64,000 nt of DNA, taken from positions 124,001 to 188,000 of the forward strand of contig NGBS01000589.1 of the NCBI GenBank assembly GCA_002245135.1, in the 5' to 3' direction. The notes beneath the pieces were generated by a model. It had not been told where the DNA came from and did not search any database. It was given only the letters and a program-made list of their open reading frames with translations. The translations under genes were made by a program, and so were the position numbers. Position 1 is the first letter of the stretch; the number at the start of each line of letters is the position of its first letter. This stretch comes from Proteromonas lacertae. Its lineage: Eukaryota. This document shows positions 1-14,027 of this stretch, piece by piece.

Positions 1-2013
1 TTTTTTATACCCATAACCACGTTGATGCAATTGATAATGGAATTATTGAAATTTGTTTTTTAATTGAATCATCATAAGCTTCGTCATAATATCTCTTCGC
101 TAGTGGAAAATCTTGAACTGTACCTAAACCATATTCATACATAAAACCACTAATATAAATATATAAATAATAATATACAGATTATATTTTGCTTCAATTC
201 CTTCATCACTAATTCCAGTCATTGAAACACTCATATAATATTGAAAAGACATACCAAAATTGACACTTACACCACATTCACCATAATAATAACAATCTCC
301 TAACTTTAACAATGCTAAAATACTGTTCTGTTTACTGGCTAATTCTAATAGAGAAAGTGTAATATTTGCATACTATTCATAATGTATATATATATATATA
401 TATATATATACATTGGTTTTATTATCATATTCACCCCCTAGAGTAAATCCTTTCATTATTAACCAAGCTGCATTACTTTCAGCTACTTCATAACCTTCAT
501 TGGATAAGAATAAATATAATAATAATGAGAGACGATAATTACCTTCAACATAAGAATAATATGCTTTCTACAAAATAAAAATAAAAATAATAAACAACAA
601 ACAACAACAATATACTTGTAATAACGATGAAGATTGTCCCATTTCACATATATTTTTAAATATCTGAACAGCTCTTTGACAATTCTTCGGTGTTCCCATT
701 CCATATAATAACATATTACCTTGTTGATCCATTGCTGACAAATGCTGACGTACAGCACTCTGAGAAAAATACTTATAAGCTTGAATCCAATCTCTTTTAA
801 CATAACTTCCATTCAAATATAATACACCTAAATTGTATAATGCTTCTGAACTCTTTTTAGAGGCTTTGTTTATATATTCTATTGCTTTAGTCGTATCTCT
901 TTCTACTCCATATCCATTTAAATACATAAAGCCTAAGGCATTTAAACACGAAGTCTCATTCATTTCTTTTCCTTCATTTAATATTTCATATGCTTTATTA
1001 TAGTCTATTTCTTTACCTAATCCTTTTAAATACATTTTTCCTAAGAAATAATTGGCTTGATACAATCCATTCTAAGCATTAAAGAAATTAATATATAATA
1101 TACCTTTTTTGCTAATGTCAAATATTCAAATGCTTTTTTATAATCCTTAGAAGCACCTTTTATACCATAATAATAATATTGACCAATTATCAATTGTGCA
1201 TTTTTTTCTCCCATATGAGCCCTATGTTCTAGGTAATATATCATATCCTGCTCTTCACTTTGTGAATGTAATCTCTCGTTATTACTGAATTTATGCTTGT
1301 CGTAAGGAATGGAATTTCCATCTATGTACATATCAGCTGCATAATGTGCTGCTACACGGTAATAAGATGCTGACGTTTCACATGATTTATTGACGGTAAT
1401 ACCTTCATGGTATTTATATCCTAATATCATATTAGCTGAAGGATCTCCTCCTAAAGCTGCAAAGTAGAAGTATAACATTGATTTTTCATGATTTCTAGGG
1501 AAACCCATTATACCGTAATGGTAACTATTATAACAATAGTAAATATAGAAATATACAAGTGACCAATGTATCTTTGTGCTGTACTATTCCCATATTTTGC
1601 AGATTTATTAAAATATTCTACAGCTAAAGTGTCATTTATTATATTAGCTTCTCCATATATATAAATCTCTCCTAATTCACAATAGGAAGCACCTACATAG
1701 TGACCTTCACCTTTAGTTGATTCTTGAAAGTGTTTAATAGCTAAATCTATATTGGGATTTTCTTTGTGTCTAGTGCTTTATAAAAATCAACAAATATACC
1801 TTTGCAGATATCCAAGTTCATAATTTTGCTTTGCATATTTGAATTCTGATGTTTCTAGAATTAAGATTAATAAATAATGAATAATACCTTCAGAATTTGA
1901 TCCACTTGTGTCTTCTTCTGCTAAAATAGTGTCTAAAATGATAAATGCATGTGATAGATACTAATTAACAAAAGAACCAAACAAAAGTATGCAGCTGGCT
2001 TATGTAAATGCAT
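1..2013 (-). CDS. SEL1L: SEL1L/Hrd3-like Sel1-repeat ERAD protein, multi-exon, 3' end outside the window
   Basis: ATG 2013 with hydrophobic signal (AAYFCLVLLLI); Sel1 repeats (ALYNLGVLYLNG, LGFMYLNGYGVERD); Hrd3-like YFYFAALGG...ANMILGYKY...NKSCETSASYY; joined by short GT-AG introns. Confidence 0.85.
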
Positions 2014-2172
2014 AAAAAGAAAAAACAAAGAAAAAGAAAACAAACTAAGGCTTGGTAATTTTGACTTAACAAAAGTGTCAATTGGTTTAATTTGAAATTG
2101 AAAGAGTATCTGAGAATAATAATATCCTTATTGAATACAAATTGGCATTTTTAAAGTATAACTACTAAATAA

Positions 2173-3969
2173 ATGAATTACCACTCCAAATCTAGTGAAT
2201 TTAAAGTATTTTGAGAGTATATAGTGTATAGACATCTCGTGTTAAAGTAGCAATACGATGTAGACCACCATTTGAGGATGAATTAATTGATGGGAAACTT
2301 CCAGATATAATTCAGCTTTATCCCAAAGAATCAAAAATAGAAATCCATTCAAAAGATCCAACCATACAAAACAGAGATTTTTATTACGATTTAGTATTTC
2401 CAATCAGAATAAAACAAGAAAAAATCTTCTCATTTGTATTACTTTTATTAAATCTCTTTATAGATAGGTCAAAATATAATAGATGGAGTACTAAATGGTA
2501 TAAACGGTACAATATTAGCCTATGGTCAAACAGGAACAGGCAAAACATACACAATGGGATTATTAGATTCAAAATTAACTACAGAATCAAGTGGATTAAT
2601 TCCTTCAATGTTAATATATTTATTTAATTCAATATCTAAACTATCAAATAAAAATAAAAATAATAAATATAAAATAACCATGTCATTTATACAAATATAT
2701 ATGGAAAATATTCAAGATTTATTTACACCACCAAAAATTGAAGAAAAAGATGAAAATAATAAAAAGAATAATAAAAAGTTGAATAACAATATAAATATAA
2801 GAGAAGATAAAGAAAAAGGATTTTATTTAGAAAATATAAAAGAATTTCCAGTGGAAAATATTGATGAAGCATTGGAATTATTGACTTGGGGTTTGAAAAA
2901 TAGAATAATAAAATCAACAATGATGAATACTCAATCTTCAAGATCACATACAATTTTATCAATTAATTTAACACAAGTATAATAATATAATATAATATTA
3001 TAGTATATAAAAAATTCTGAAACAACAACTGAAATATCATCAAAATTATATTGTGTTGATTTAGCTGGTTCTGAAAGATTAAAACGAACAAATTCAACAG
3101 GAGTTCAACTACAAGAAGCGAAGTACATAAACAGCAGTTTATCTACACTGATTAAAGTGATTGTCAGTTTAACTGATAATGTCTCTACTCATATCCCATA
3201 CAGAGACAGTAAACTCACAACATATTTACAACCTTCTCTTAGTGGAAATTCAAATATTTATTTTTTAGGAACAATTAGTCCTTCTATTCTCGATTTACAG
3301 GAATCTTATAGTACTTTGCAGTTTTGTAGTAGATGTATGAATATTACAGTAAATCCAACAAGAAATATAAATATTGATTATATTACTTTGTGTAATAAAC
3401 TAAATGTATTTATTGTTTACTTTTATTATTACTATTATTATTTAGAAACAAATAAATCAAATGGAAATATCTTATAAAATGCATGAACAGGAAATTCGTA
3501 ATTATTATGAGAATCAAATCAACTCAATGCAGAGATATATAAATGAATTGGAAGAATCAAAATCAATTCCAACAAAGAATAATGGAATAACAAATTATCA
3601 TCTAAATATAATTAACAATAAAATAAATTCATTATATTCTCAAATATTATATCTAATGAATAATAATACAAACAGTAATTTACATTCAATCAAAGATTTT
3701 AATAATGATAATGATGTCTATATCTATATTGAAAATACAATCGACAAAATCTCTCATCTTTTATCAAATATTGATTTAAATGTAAATCAGAGTGTCAATA
3801 ATCAAGACAGATTAGCTAATTGGAGTTATGTATATTTATATCTTTCTAATTATATAATTTTTTATAGATGATTGAATATTTAGTGGCAATTAATTCAAAA
3901 TTAGAAAATCAAATTCAAAATAACTCAGATATAATCTCTTCTCCACCCAAACAATTAGAAAACAAATAA
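2173..3969 (+). CDS. Kinesin motor protein with C-terminal coiled coil, multi-exon
   Basis: RVKVAIRCRP, AYGQTGTGKTYTM (P-loop), NTQSSRSH, VDLAGSER, HIPYRDSKLT. Confidence 0.92.
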
Positions 3970-4479
3970 ATGATGAATTAATTTATAACATATTCTTTAT
4001 TATCCTCATTTAGTTATTCTATCATACTATATCTTCTTTATTATCTCCACTAATTCATCTGTAATGCTCGCATAGCTGTTTTACTTAATCAACCTATTTA
4101 AATGAAAAATATTTCATAATTTAAACGTATATAAACAACCATAATATTTATATACAGAAACATTATGAAAGTTAATATATGCCTGATTGAAACTGGTAAT
4201 ACAAAAATGTACTACAGTAAAGGATCAAGCAATATTAAAGTATAAGAATTTTATTATAATACATACATTTAAATGTCTACATAATGAGAAATTGAAAATT
4301 CAAAAATATGAATTACAAACATGTTTGAGTATAGAAATGTGAATTAAACATTTATCTCTTGTTAAAAGAAAATATAAATAATATTTTACATTTAACATCA
4401 ATAATCTACAAAATGAAAACAAACATTTTCATTTGAAAATAATAAATTACATAAAATTACACAATAAATAAATGCAACA

Positions 4480-5216
4480 CTAGCAAAAACACCTAGAACT
4501 CTTTGTTGTTTTAACTGTTTGTGTTTCTGAAAATGGCACTTCATATTGCTTTTTCTGCAGTTCTATACGATAGTCAATAATTGATCTTGTTAAACTCTCA
4601 AATAAATCCTCCAAATTTTCATTATTTTTAGCACTTACTTCTAAATGATCCTAGATAAATACATATATATAACTAAATTATACACAAAAACCATTCTCTT
4701 TACTCCATTTTGATATTGTATCTGGTGTTAGTTGAGATCTTGTATTTAAATCTGTTTTATTTCCTACTAATACCATTGGAATTGGTATATTTACATCAGA
4801 TTTCACCTATTAAATATATATTAATATAATTTTAATACATTATCTTTAAACTCTTTCTGCCACATTGGAACTGAAAGGTAAGATTTATAACTTGACACAT
4901 CATACACTATTATACATCCATCACTACCTCGAAAATAGGAGGTAGTTACACTGCGGTATTGTTCAGCACCAGCAGTATCCCATATCTAAATCAGAATAAA
5001 TAAAAAGCAAAAGTACTTGTAAATTATATTCACAATTATTAATGTGCATTTTTGTTGTAAACAAATCTGTGCCAATTGTTGGTTTATATGATTCAGGGAA
5101 TTGTTGTTCACAATATCTAAACAAAATAGAGCTTTTTCCAACTCTATAATATAAATTCTTTGATATTTATACCCATAATCACCTAAAATAATTATTTTAA
5201 AGCATCTATCGTTCAT
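4480..5216 (-). CDS. Rab-family GTPase (divergent, Rab7-like)
   Basis: Spliced: ILGDYGVGKS, YKPTIGTD, IWDTAGAEQY, LVGNKTDL, EVSAK, C-terminal CFC prenylation motif then TAG. Confidence 0.88.
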
Positions 5217-5356
5217 AAAAATCAAAAATACAAAAATTTATTTAAAAATTTCATTCGTTTTGTGTAATTAATGTAAATTATTTGTCAAGTTTACCCAATT
5301 TTTTCTCAAAAGATTTAAATTCTTCTATTTGAGTAATAAATTTAGAAATATAAAAA

Positions 5357-6051
5357 ATGCAAAGTAATAGTGATTATGATTATTTATTTAAAAGTATATT
5401 TACAGAAAAATGATAAAATCAATAGTTGTTCTAATTGGTGATTCAGGTGTGGGTAAATCAAATTTGCTATTACGATTCACAAAGAATGAATTTAATCTAG
5501 AATCAAAGTCTACGATTGGTGTAGAATTCGCAACAAAATCTGTAATTACAGAGGGAAAAGTAATAAAAGCTCAAATATGGGATACAGGTATTTTTTGTTG
5601 TACAATATATAATATATTAGCTGGTCAAGAAAGATATAGATCAATTACAAGTGCTTATTATAGAGGAGCAGTTGGTGCGTTATTAATTTATGATATAACA
5701 AAACATTCAACATTTGATGACATAGAAAGATGGCTAAAAGAGTTAAAAGATCACGCTGATGCAAATATAGTGGTGATGTTAGTAGGAAATAAATGTGATT
5801 TAAAACATTTACGTGCAGTCACAACAGAAGAAGCATCAGTATATGCAGAATCACACAAAATGGCATTTATTGAAACTTCAGCTTTAGATTCAACTGGAGT
5901 AACAACAGCATTTCATAGTCTTTTAACAGAAATATATCATTTAACATCATCCAGACATTTAATCAATGAAAATAAGTCTGGAATGCCTATACCTCAAGGA
6001 TCACAAATACAGTTAGATAATGATATGAAAACTCCAAGGAAATGTTGTTAA
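5357..6051 (+). CDS. RAB11: Rab11 GTPase
   Basis: [53 protein letters not shown] after splicing, terminal CC. Confidence 0.96.
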
Positions 6052-6166
6052 TATATATAAATAAATGTTCTTAAAATATTTTTTCTTAAGGTTTTATTTC
6101 TTCTATATATAAACAATGTATATATCATAATTAAACAAAATTAAATAAAAATAAAAATATTATTAC

Positions 6167-6974
6167 TTATTTTCTTCTAGTATATACATCAGGAGGTAAT
6201 GGTTCAGGTTTAGGTGGAATATACACTCCTTGAATTGGTAATCCAGTAATTGGATCATATCCCAGTCTATTCGTTTCCTGTTGTAAATGTTGAGCTCTTA
6301 AACCAGCACGATATCGCATAGCTTGTTCTTGGTTCTGTAATATCATTCCATCTCGATCATCTCCATATTTTAGAGTTATAACATCAAATGCTTCACCACT
6401 TTCATTCTTTTTAGCTTTGGTAGTGTAATCACGAAGGTAATCTAATCGTTCTTTGAGTTGTTTCGCTTCATCAGCCATGTGTTGATAACGTTGTTCATCT
6501 CTTTGGATATTAGCTTCTCTCATTCTGTCGTAATTTGCTTCTTGTCTTTCATACATGAAGTTTCTTCTTCTTTTTTCTTCTGCACAAAAGTCTGTATCAA
6601 ATCGATCATGTTCAGGTTGATAGCCTGGAGCAGTTGTGTCATATTGAACCATATTTCTACCAGTTGCTTCAATATCATATTTGTTAAATCCAAAACTTCT
6701 CTACATAATTATATTTATTAAGTTATACATTTGCTAACCTTTGCTTTTCAAGAGTTTCTTTATCAATTAACGCTTTTCTCTCCATTCTAGTCCTTGGTTT
6801 TATATTTTTGTAAGGAATGTATGTATCAGGTATCCAATGAAATCCACGTGGATTATTATGACTAACAGGACGATTACCTATTGGAATATTATAATCTGCA
6901 AGAACCTGTGCTCCAATTGCACCTAATCCTCCTCGTGATGGTGGATTACTTGATTGACTTGGGGGTCTATACAT
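6167..6974 (-). CDS. Conserved-looking hypothetical protein (two exons), possibly ciliary
   Basis: ORFs 6723-6974 and 6167-6652 join in frame through a 28-nt GT-AG intron; charged helix and GYDPITG motif. Confidence 0.6.
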
Positions 6975-7063
6975 TTTTCAATTTTTATTAAAAAAAACCG
7001 ACTTGAGGCTCGACCTTGATTTGACTTTTTTGCATTTTCTTACTTTTTTTGCTATTTCACAAC

Positions 7064-7513
7064 ATGTCAGTGTATATTTATTATTGTATTTTATATTTTA
7101 TAGACAAGAAGAGAAGAAAGTACAATATTATATATTCCTATTCTTTTTAGATGACTGAAGAAGAAGAATTCAGCACAGGACCTATGTCAATATTGCAACA
7201 GAGTGTGAAAAATAATACACAGGTAAAATATGCATTTTATATCATCTAGGTTTTGATCAATTGTAGAAATAATCATAAATTATTGTGTAGAGTAAAAGCT
7301 TTTGATCGTCATTGCAATATGTATATCAATTCAGTTATAGTATTATTTTGAAATAGGGTATTAGAGAATGTAAGAGAAATGTGGTCAGAGGTACCCAAAG
7401 GCAGTCAAGGAAAGGGAAGAGCAGTAAATAAAGATCGTTACATTAGTAAAATGTTCTTAAGAGGTGATTCAGTGATTATTGTTCTTAAAAACCCACAAGC
7501 AGCAGCTACATAG
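7064..7513 (+). CDS. SNRPD2: Small nuclear ribonucleoprotein Sm D2
   Basis: [43 protein letters not shown]...LENVREMW...[21 protein letters not shown] over 4 short introns. Confidence 0.95.
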
Positions 7514-7601
7514 AAAATATATAAAATGTATAAACAAAAGGAAAGAGAGTTTTTAATTGTTATTATGATTTATATGGAATAGTTTTTTTGTTTTTCATCA
7601 T

Positions 7602-8187
7602 TTATTTATCATCTGAAGGTAATACTTTGTGTAACTCCTGCATCTCATCACAATTATGATAATAGGTGGTTAAAAAGTCTGATGGATTAATTATAAAATC
7701 TGGATGTGTCCACTTTATCATAGGAGGTAAATCTTTTGCATTTGTTGAATTACCCATAACTTTAGAAAATAATTTCTTTATTGTATTTGGATGACGATCA
7801 CGATATGACTTATGCACTTCTTCATAACGATCTTTCATTAGTTGAACTGATTTTACCATTTCATTTACGAATTGCTCTATTTGATCTATAAGTGGGAATA
7901 TATTTTCTAAATCCTTAGAGACTTGCACTAAGTCAGGAATATCTTGATTTATTAGTTTATCAGTACTATTTGCAAGCTATTGATATTTGATAAATTATAA
8001 TTCAATATTTAATATATACTGCATCAACTTGTTTTTCTGTAGTAGTTAATCTTGTTTTTGTATCATCAACTGATTCTAAAATTGTGCTTACAGTTTGACT
8101 AGTCTCAAGTGCGGTTTCTGTAAATAATTCTGAAACTGATGATGTTAATGATTTTAACAAAATATCAATCTGTTCATCACTATCCAT
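7602..8187 (-). CDS. BLOC-1 subunit 4 (cappuccino)-like coiled-coil protein
   Basis: MDSDEQ start at 8187; IPDLVQVSKDLENIFPLIDQIEQFVNEMVKSV resembles BLOS4/Cnl1. Confidence 0.55.
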
Positions 8188-8233
8188 TTTTTTAATTCTC
8201 AAGCTTTTTGTTAAGTTTGATTGATTTAATTTC

Positions 8234-9058
8234 ATGGATAGATCAAAATTTGAGAAGTGTATTGAGAAGAAATATGATTTAGAAGTGAGTCCAACAGAAA
8301 CTGTGTTTATTGTCAAATTATCAGTATAAATTGAGCTATATTTCGTAGAAAGAACTAAAAGACTTATTTATGACTTTAGAAGGTATAAATTATTATCGTA
8401 ATATGATATAGAAGGTACAGTTATAGGAGAAATATCGTTTAATGAGAGTCAAACAGATAATATTGTATAATTTCATCCATTATATTATCAGGAGTATAAT
8501 GTTGAACTAAGTAAAAGCGTATTTTCAAAAGAATTACCTAAGAGATACACACTCGCTTTTCCTCGAGATTTATCACCTCAACATCTATTCTATTTTGATA
8601 AAAGCACTTGTCATTGGACATACAGAGTCAATAAATGCTTTACACTAAATCCAGTTGAGTCTTTATCATATCTAAATCAATTGAAACAAAGAACATTTAA
8701 TAGTACAGGTGGCATGATTAAAGCTCCAATATTGGATGAACCTTTATCAACAACACAATTACCATCATCTCAAGCTGATGAATTCTTTTTAGCGAGGAAA
8801 AGAAAGCTGGAAGAAAAAGAAGATATTTCTTCATATCAAAATAAACGAAATAAAATTGATTCTGGTGTTTTAATGAATCAAATATTTAGTTTATTTCAAA
8901 GTAAATCTCACTGGTCATTAAGAGAGATGAATGAAAAGCTTAGACAGCCTGATGAACATGTTAAACAGGTTTTATCACAAATTGCTAATTATATAACGTC
9001 AGGAGAACATAAAGGTGAATATGAACTTAAATCAGAATATGAAATAAAATATATGTAA
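8234..9058 (+). CDS. GTF2F2: Transcription initiation factor TFIIF beta (RAP30)-like
   Basis: N-terminal VFIVKL; C-terminal winged helix IFSLFQSKSHWSLREMNEKLRQPDEHVKQVLSQIA...HKGEYELKSEY. Confidence 0.8.
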
Positions 9059-9093
9059 TAAAATAGTAGTTATTATTATACTGTTTGTATATT

Positions 9094-9871
9094 TTACTTC
9101 ATAGCTTCATTAAATGCCTGAATAAATGCTAATTTTGGTTGAGCACCTTCTAAGATTATCTTATCATTGATAATATAGAAAGGAACACCGCTATTTTATA
9201 TAAAATTGAATAAAAGTCATAAATATACTGTATATCTAACTCATCCTTAGCATATTTATCTTTCTTTATAACATTAGCTGATAGTTCTGTACTATTCATA
9301 AATTCTTCCACATTTTCTAAACCAAATTCTTTACCTATTTTTATTAACACTTCTTTTAAACTTATATTATCACCTTTCTCGAAATAATGAACAAATAGTA
9401 ATTCTTTTAATTCACATTCTTTTTGCCAACATTTCTTTTCTAAAACATATTCCATTAAACGATGAGCATGAAATGTATTAGCCCATACACTATTTCATTT
9501 TTTACTATATACACACATATATATATACTTCCAACCTTTAAAAGTAATTCCATCTTTCAATGCACTTTCTTTCATACTGTGTGTCCAATAATCACCACCC
9601 CAACGACGATTATTATATCTTCAAATTTATTATATATACTCACTATACTTATAGTAATCTTCTCCCTCTAGAGGCACACTTGGATCAATCATATACTATA
9701 CCATTAATTATTTTATAAATACTGGATGATAAACGATTTCATATTCACCTTTGTATTGTTTTACAGCCTACTCGTATATTCTTATACTAATACTGAATCA
9801 AAATGTCTCTTGCCAATAAAACACCAAGGACAAGCAAAATCAGAATAAACATCGACTTTTAATACACTCAT
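9094..9871 (-). CDS. DsbA/FrnE-like thioredoxin-fold oxidoreductase
   Basis: Spliced: LKVDVYSDFACPWCFIGKRHF, ANTFHAHRLM, GVPFYII, EGAQP. Confidence 0.85.
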
Positions 9872-9909
9872 AATCGAAAAAAACACTTTTCATTCAATTA
9901 AAAATATAT

Positions 9910-10200
9910 TCGTTTCATTATTTAAATCACAAACATAAACGCATTAAATATATCAATATAGTGAATATAACAGTTAGTCAATATTCAAAAACTCCTTTTT
10001 TTATTCTTTCTTTACTTCTTCTGAAATTCCATCTAATTTGATTTGAAATTCTTTAATACAATCAATATTTCATTAAACAATTCATATTGTTTATTCTTTT
10101 TATCTCACGAACTACTGAAACATCTAAATCACTAACATCCATCACTTTTAACATATTGTTAAAATACTAAGTCCATCCATTTTTATTTATCTACAATCAA
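9910..10200 (-). pseudogene. Decayed fragment of the divergent kinase family seen at 14028
   Basis: MLKVMDVSDLDVSVVREIKRINNMNCLMKY* (10154-10062) resembles LLKIVNVRELDIKVVDEV...VNNMNIDGIMKY; shifted frames give CIKEFQIKLDGI (vs VMREYKTHLDEI) and IDIFNAFMFVI* (vs YEVLNGILIVL). Confidence 0.55.
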
Positions 10201-10330
10201 CAAACGTATGTAAATCTAGTTTTACATAAAAAGAATAATCTCAAGCTTAAAAATACAAGCTTGATTCTTTTTTATTCAAAATATAGAGTCGTTATCTATT
10301 TTTCGCCATTTTTCACACCAGAATATTAAA

Positions 10331-10840
10331 ATGTCTTTTAGTATGATTATTTGATGGAGTATACACATTATAGATGAAATTCATGAAAATTTTCGTTTAT
10401 CTGATGATTTTGAAATAAAAAATTTGGATAAGTGGATGAAATTAAAGGATATGGTTAGTTACGGTATAGTTAGTTATTTATATAATAGAAAATGAAAATA
10501 ATAATGAATTGCCTGGTGATTATGAAAATTATAATATTATATATCAGAAACTATTAAAATCTACTCTTTTAGAAAAGCAACTTGAAAATGAAGAATTGAA
10601 ATCTGTATATAAATGCAATATTTACATTTGTGCTAGGCTGAATCAATAGAAGCAATGATAAAAGCTAAAAGACAAATTGCTTTGTTAAATGACATAAAGA
10701 AGCATCAAGAAGAAGAGGAAAAGCTTAAGAAAGAGGAGGACAAAGAAAAAGCTAAAATTGAGGAAGAGAAAGCGAAATTAGAAAGAGAAAAAGAAGCAAA
10801 TATTGATGATGAATATCACAGTGATGAAGAAGATAGTTAA
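10331..10840 (+). CDS. Small coiled-coil hypothetical protein (4 exons)
   Basis: Open frame after removing three short GT-AG introns; E/K-rich C-terminus. Confidence 0.6.
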
Positions 10841-11004
10841 TAATCAACTAAATTCACTCGCGCTGAATAATATTAATAATTAATTTATATGTAATGCTCT
10901 TTTGTTAATGCTAATTTTATAAAAATCATTTTATGGCTTGATTTGGTTTGAGTTCCTTATTTTAATTTTATTTATTTTTATTGTCATATATCTATAAATC
11001 AATT

Positions 11005-11954
11005 ATGAAAAGATTTGGAAGTTCTTCTAATTGTAAATATGGTGTAAAATGTTGTGATATAAACTGTAAACTTATACATCCATCTCCAAGACAGGGTATA
11101 TATTTGTGATATATATGTGAATAATAGGTGTTGAAGTTTGTGATAATGAAAATTGCACAAATGTGTCGTGCCAAAAACTACATCCATTTGATGATAAAAA
11201 AAGGTATTGTGAGTTTGCTGATGAATGTGAAAGAATTATCTGTCCTTATGTTCATCCAGGAGTATCATTTATATGATATAAATATATAGTTTTGGCAATG
11301 TCAATCGTGTTGTTCAGGAAATCCAACTAAATTATGGCAATGTAGAAATTGTGGTACAAATGTATTAATTATTATTCTATATTTTAACAATATAGAAAGG
11401 TTTTATTACTACTCCAACAACAAGTGACGAGATGTGTGAATGGGGAGTAAAATGTTATAATGTATTATGCAAATTCCGTCATCCAGAGCCAAGAGAAAGC
11501 GCTGTTCTATGTAATGCAGAATGTAATGATATTAATTGTAATAAAATACATATTTTGAATGATGTTGAATGTCCATTTGCTGATAAATGTAATCGTATTT
11601 TATGTCCAATGATGCATCCTCAATATTGGAAGTGTCAGAAATGTAAAGCAGGTAATCCAAATACATGTGAAGTATGTCGAAACTGTAAAGAACCGAAATT
11701 AGTAAATTATTGTATTTATGGAACAAAATGTACAAATATAAAATGTAAATTTATACATCCTGCTGTTAGACAAAGTATTATATATTATAAATAATATATA
11801 ATAATAATAATAATAATAGATGCTGAAGTCTGTCCTTATCGTAATTGTAGAGATAAAAAATGTCAAAAGATCCATACAAATGCATCACCATTAACAGAAT
11901 GCAAATTTGGAGAAGAATGTGAAAGAATTTTATGTACATTAAAACATCCAAAAG

Positions 11955-12039
<85 letters not shown>

Positions 12040-12995
12040 GTTTTGGCAATGTGAAACTTGTTATTGTGGTAATCCTTATAGATTATCAACATGTAGAGCA
12101 TGTGGTGATAGAGTATAATAATATTTATATAAATATATAGAGACCAGCAACTTATCCAACTCCAGCTAGATGTCGATATGGTGTAAGATGTAATAATTTC
12201 TATTGTAATTTTCAACATCCAGTTCCAAGACAAGGAGCTGAATTATGTAATGATAATTGTGAAGATAAAAAATGTCCAAAGTTTCATTTATATAAGAATA
12301 ATACAACTGGAAATTGTAAATTTCAAGATAATTGTGAAAGACCATTATGTAGTTTAAAACATCCAAATGTATAGTTATATATATATATTAATTAATAGTT
12401 TTGGCAATGTAGTGAATGTCATATGGGAAATCCAAAAACAGAAACTATTTGTAGATTATGTCATACATTAAAGAATGGAACATCATCAACAAATAATAAT
12501 TATAATAAAACAACAACAACTACAACTACAAAAACAATACCACCAACATCTCCAGTTAAAGCTTCAACTATTAATAATAATCATTCTAATGCTTCATCAT
12601 TCTATGCAGCTGCAGTAAGCGGATTGAATAAAAATAAACCAACAGTTAATATAAAACCAACACCATTATCTTATGCATCTTCTTTGAAAGTTCAAAAGTC
12701 ACCAATTGTTGCTACTAATCCACCAATAAATAATAATTATTATAAATCTGATACTATATCATTAATGTCAAATTCTAATCCATTACAACCAAATTCAAGT
12801 CCAATTAATTTCAATATACAACCAATACAACCACCTAAATCAATTAACAATAATAATACAAATAATAGGAATATAAATAATGCTAATAATAATAATAGAA
12901 ATGGTTTTTTCCAATGGAGAGCGTTAAACATTCCTCCACCACCTGGATTTGATGAAACTGATAATTTAGATGCTCCTCCAGGATTTGAACCTTAG
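11005..12995 (+). CDS. Multi-zinc-finger putative RNA-binding protein (tandem CCCH and RanBP2-type fingers, N/P-rich tail)
   Basis: Repeated C-x5-C-x4-C-x3-H fingers and W-x-C-x2-C-x3-N-x6-C-x2-C fingers in about four modules; PPPPGF/APPGF tail. Confidence 0.8.
11958..12038. repeat. (AT)n + (ATT)n microsatellite inside an intron
   Basis: Direct reading. Confidence 0.9.
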
Positions 12996-13131
12996 AATTA
13001 ATTAAAAACATTAATATAGCAATAATTATATATTTTATGATTATATAGATTGTATAATTTAAGTGAAAAACAAAGAAAATAATATATAAGCTTGACTCCT
13101 ATCAAATCACATTTTTATAATTTTGCTTAAT

Positions 13132-13833
13132 ATGAAATTTCTTCCAGTTATTTTGTTTCTATTATTAGTAAATGCTGTATATTTTATGCAATATATTTCA
13201 AATAGTCACAGAAAACTACACTGGTTGGAACAATTGCTGCTCCTTCTGCTGCTTTTAGAAATAGTAGAGTATACTTTTAATTTTATATGTATCAAAGGTT
13301 TTGTTAAATGAAGGAGAGTATGTAGCATTCATACAAGCAAGTGGTAGATTTTCATTCCCAAATTTACCATCCAAAAGCTTTATTCTTGATGTTGTATGTC
13401 CAGGTTATGTATTTCCGAGAGTATAATTATTGTTTTTATATAATTGTGTTAATAGTACAAAATTGTTATTTCAACAAGAGGAGATATAACAATCTATAAG
13501 AAAATAGGTTTATCAAATCAACAAGTCGATTTACCATTAACAATTGAACCACTAGCTGAAGCTCAATATCAATTACAACCAAAATCTCTCTCAATTCTTT
13601 CAATGTTGAAATCACCAATGGTTTTAGTTTCATTATTTACAGCAGTAATGATTGTAGTATTCTCATCCGTTATGAAAAATGTTGATCCAAATGAATTGAA
13701 ACAAGTTCAAGATCAAATGGGATTGAATAATGATCCAAATAAGTTATTGGGGAAATTATTTGGTATGGATGACAGTAAAGAAGAAGAAATAAGAAGAAAA
13801 GTAGCAAAGAAAGCTATTTCAAATAGAAAATAA
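13132..13833 (+). CDS. EMC7: ER membrane complex subunit 7 (DUF2012)
   Basis: Signal peptide MKFLPVILFLLL; LNEGEYVAFIQASGRFSFPNLPSKSFILDVVCPGYVF; MLKSPMVLVSLF TM then NVDPNELKQVQ. Confidence 0.85.
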
Positions 13834-14027
13834 GTAATTCCATAATATTTATGTAATAGTTAGATAAAATATTGAAATATTGTGTATTTACTTCATAAAT
13901 GTTAAAAATAAGAAAATAAAGAAAATGATAGAAAATACTCAAGCCTTAGTGTAAAAAGCTTGAGATCTTTTGTAACGGTTTATTCTTATTTTTGTTTGAA
14001 TATACAAATAACTATTGATAAAAATAA

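Noticed and set aside
3970..4440. Possible small spliced gene in the kinesin-Rab gap
   Set aside because: No convincing open spliced frame on either strand
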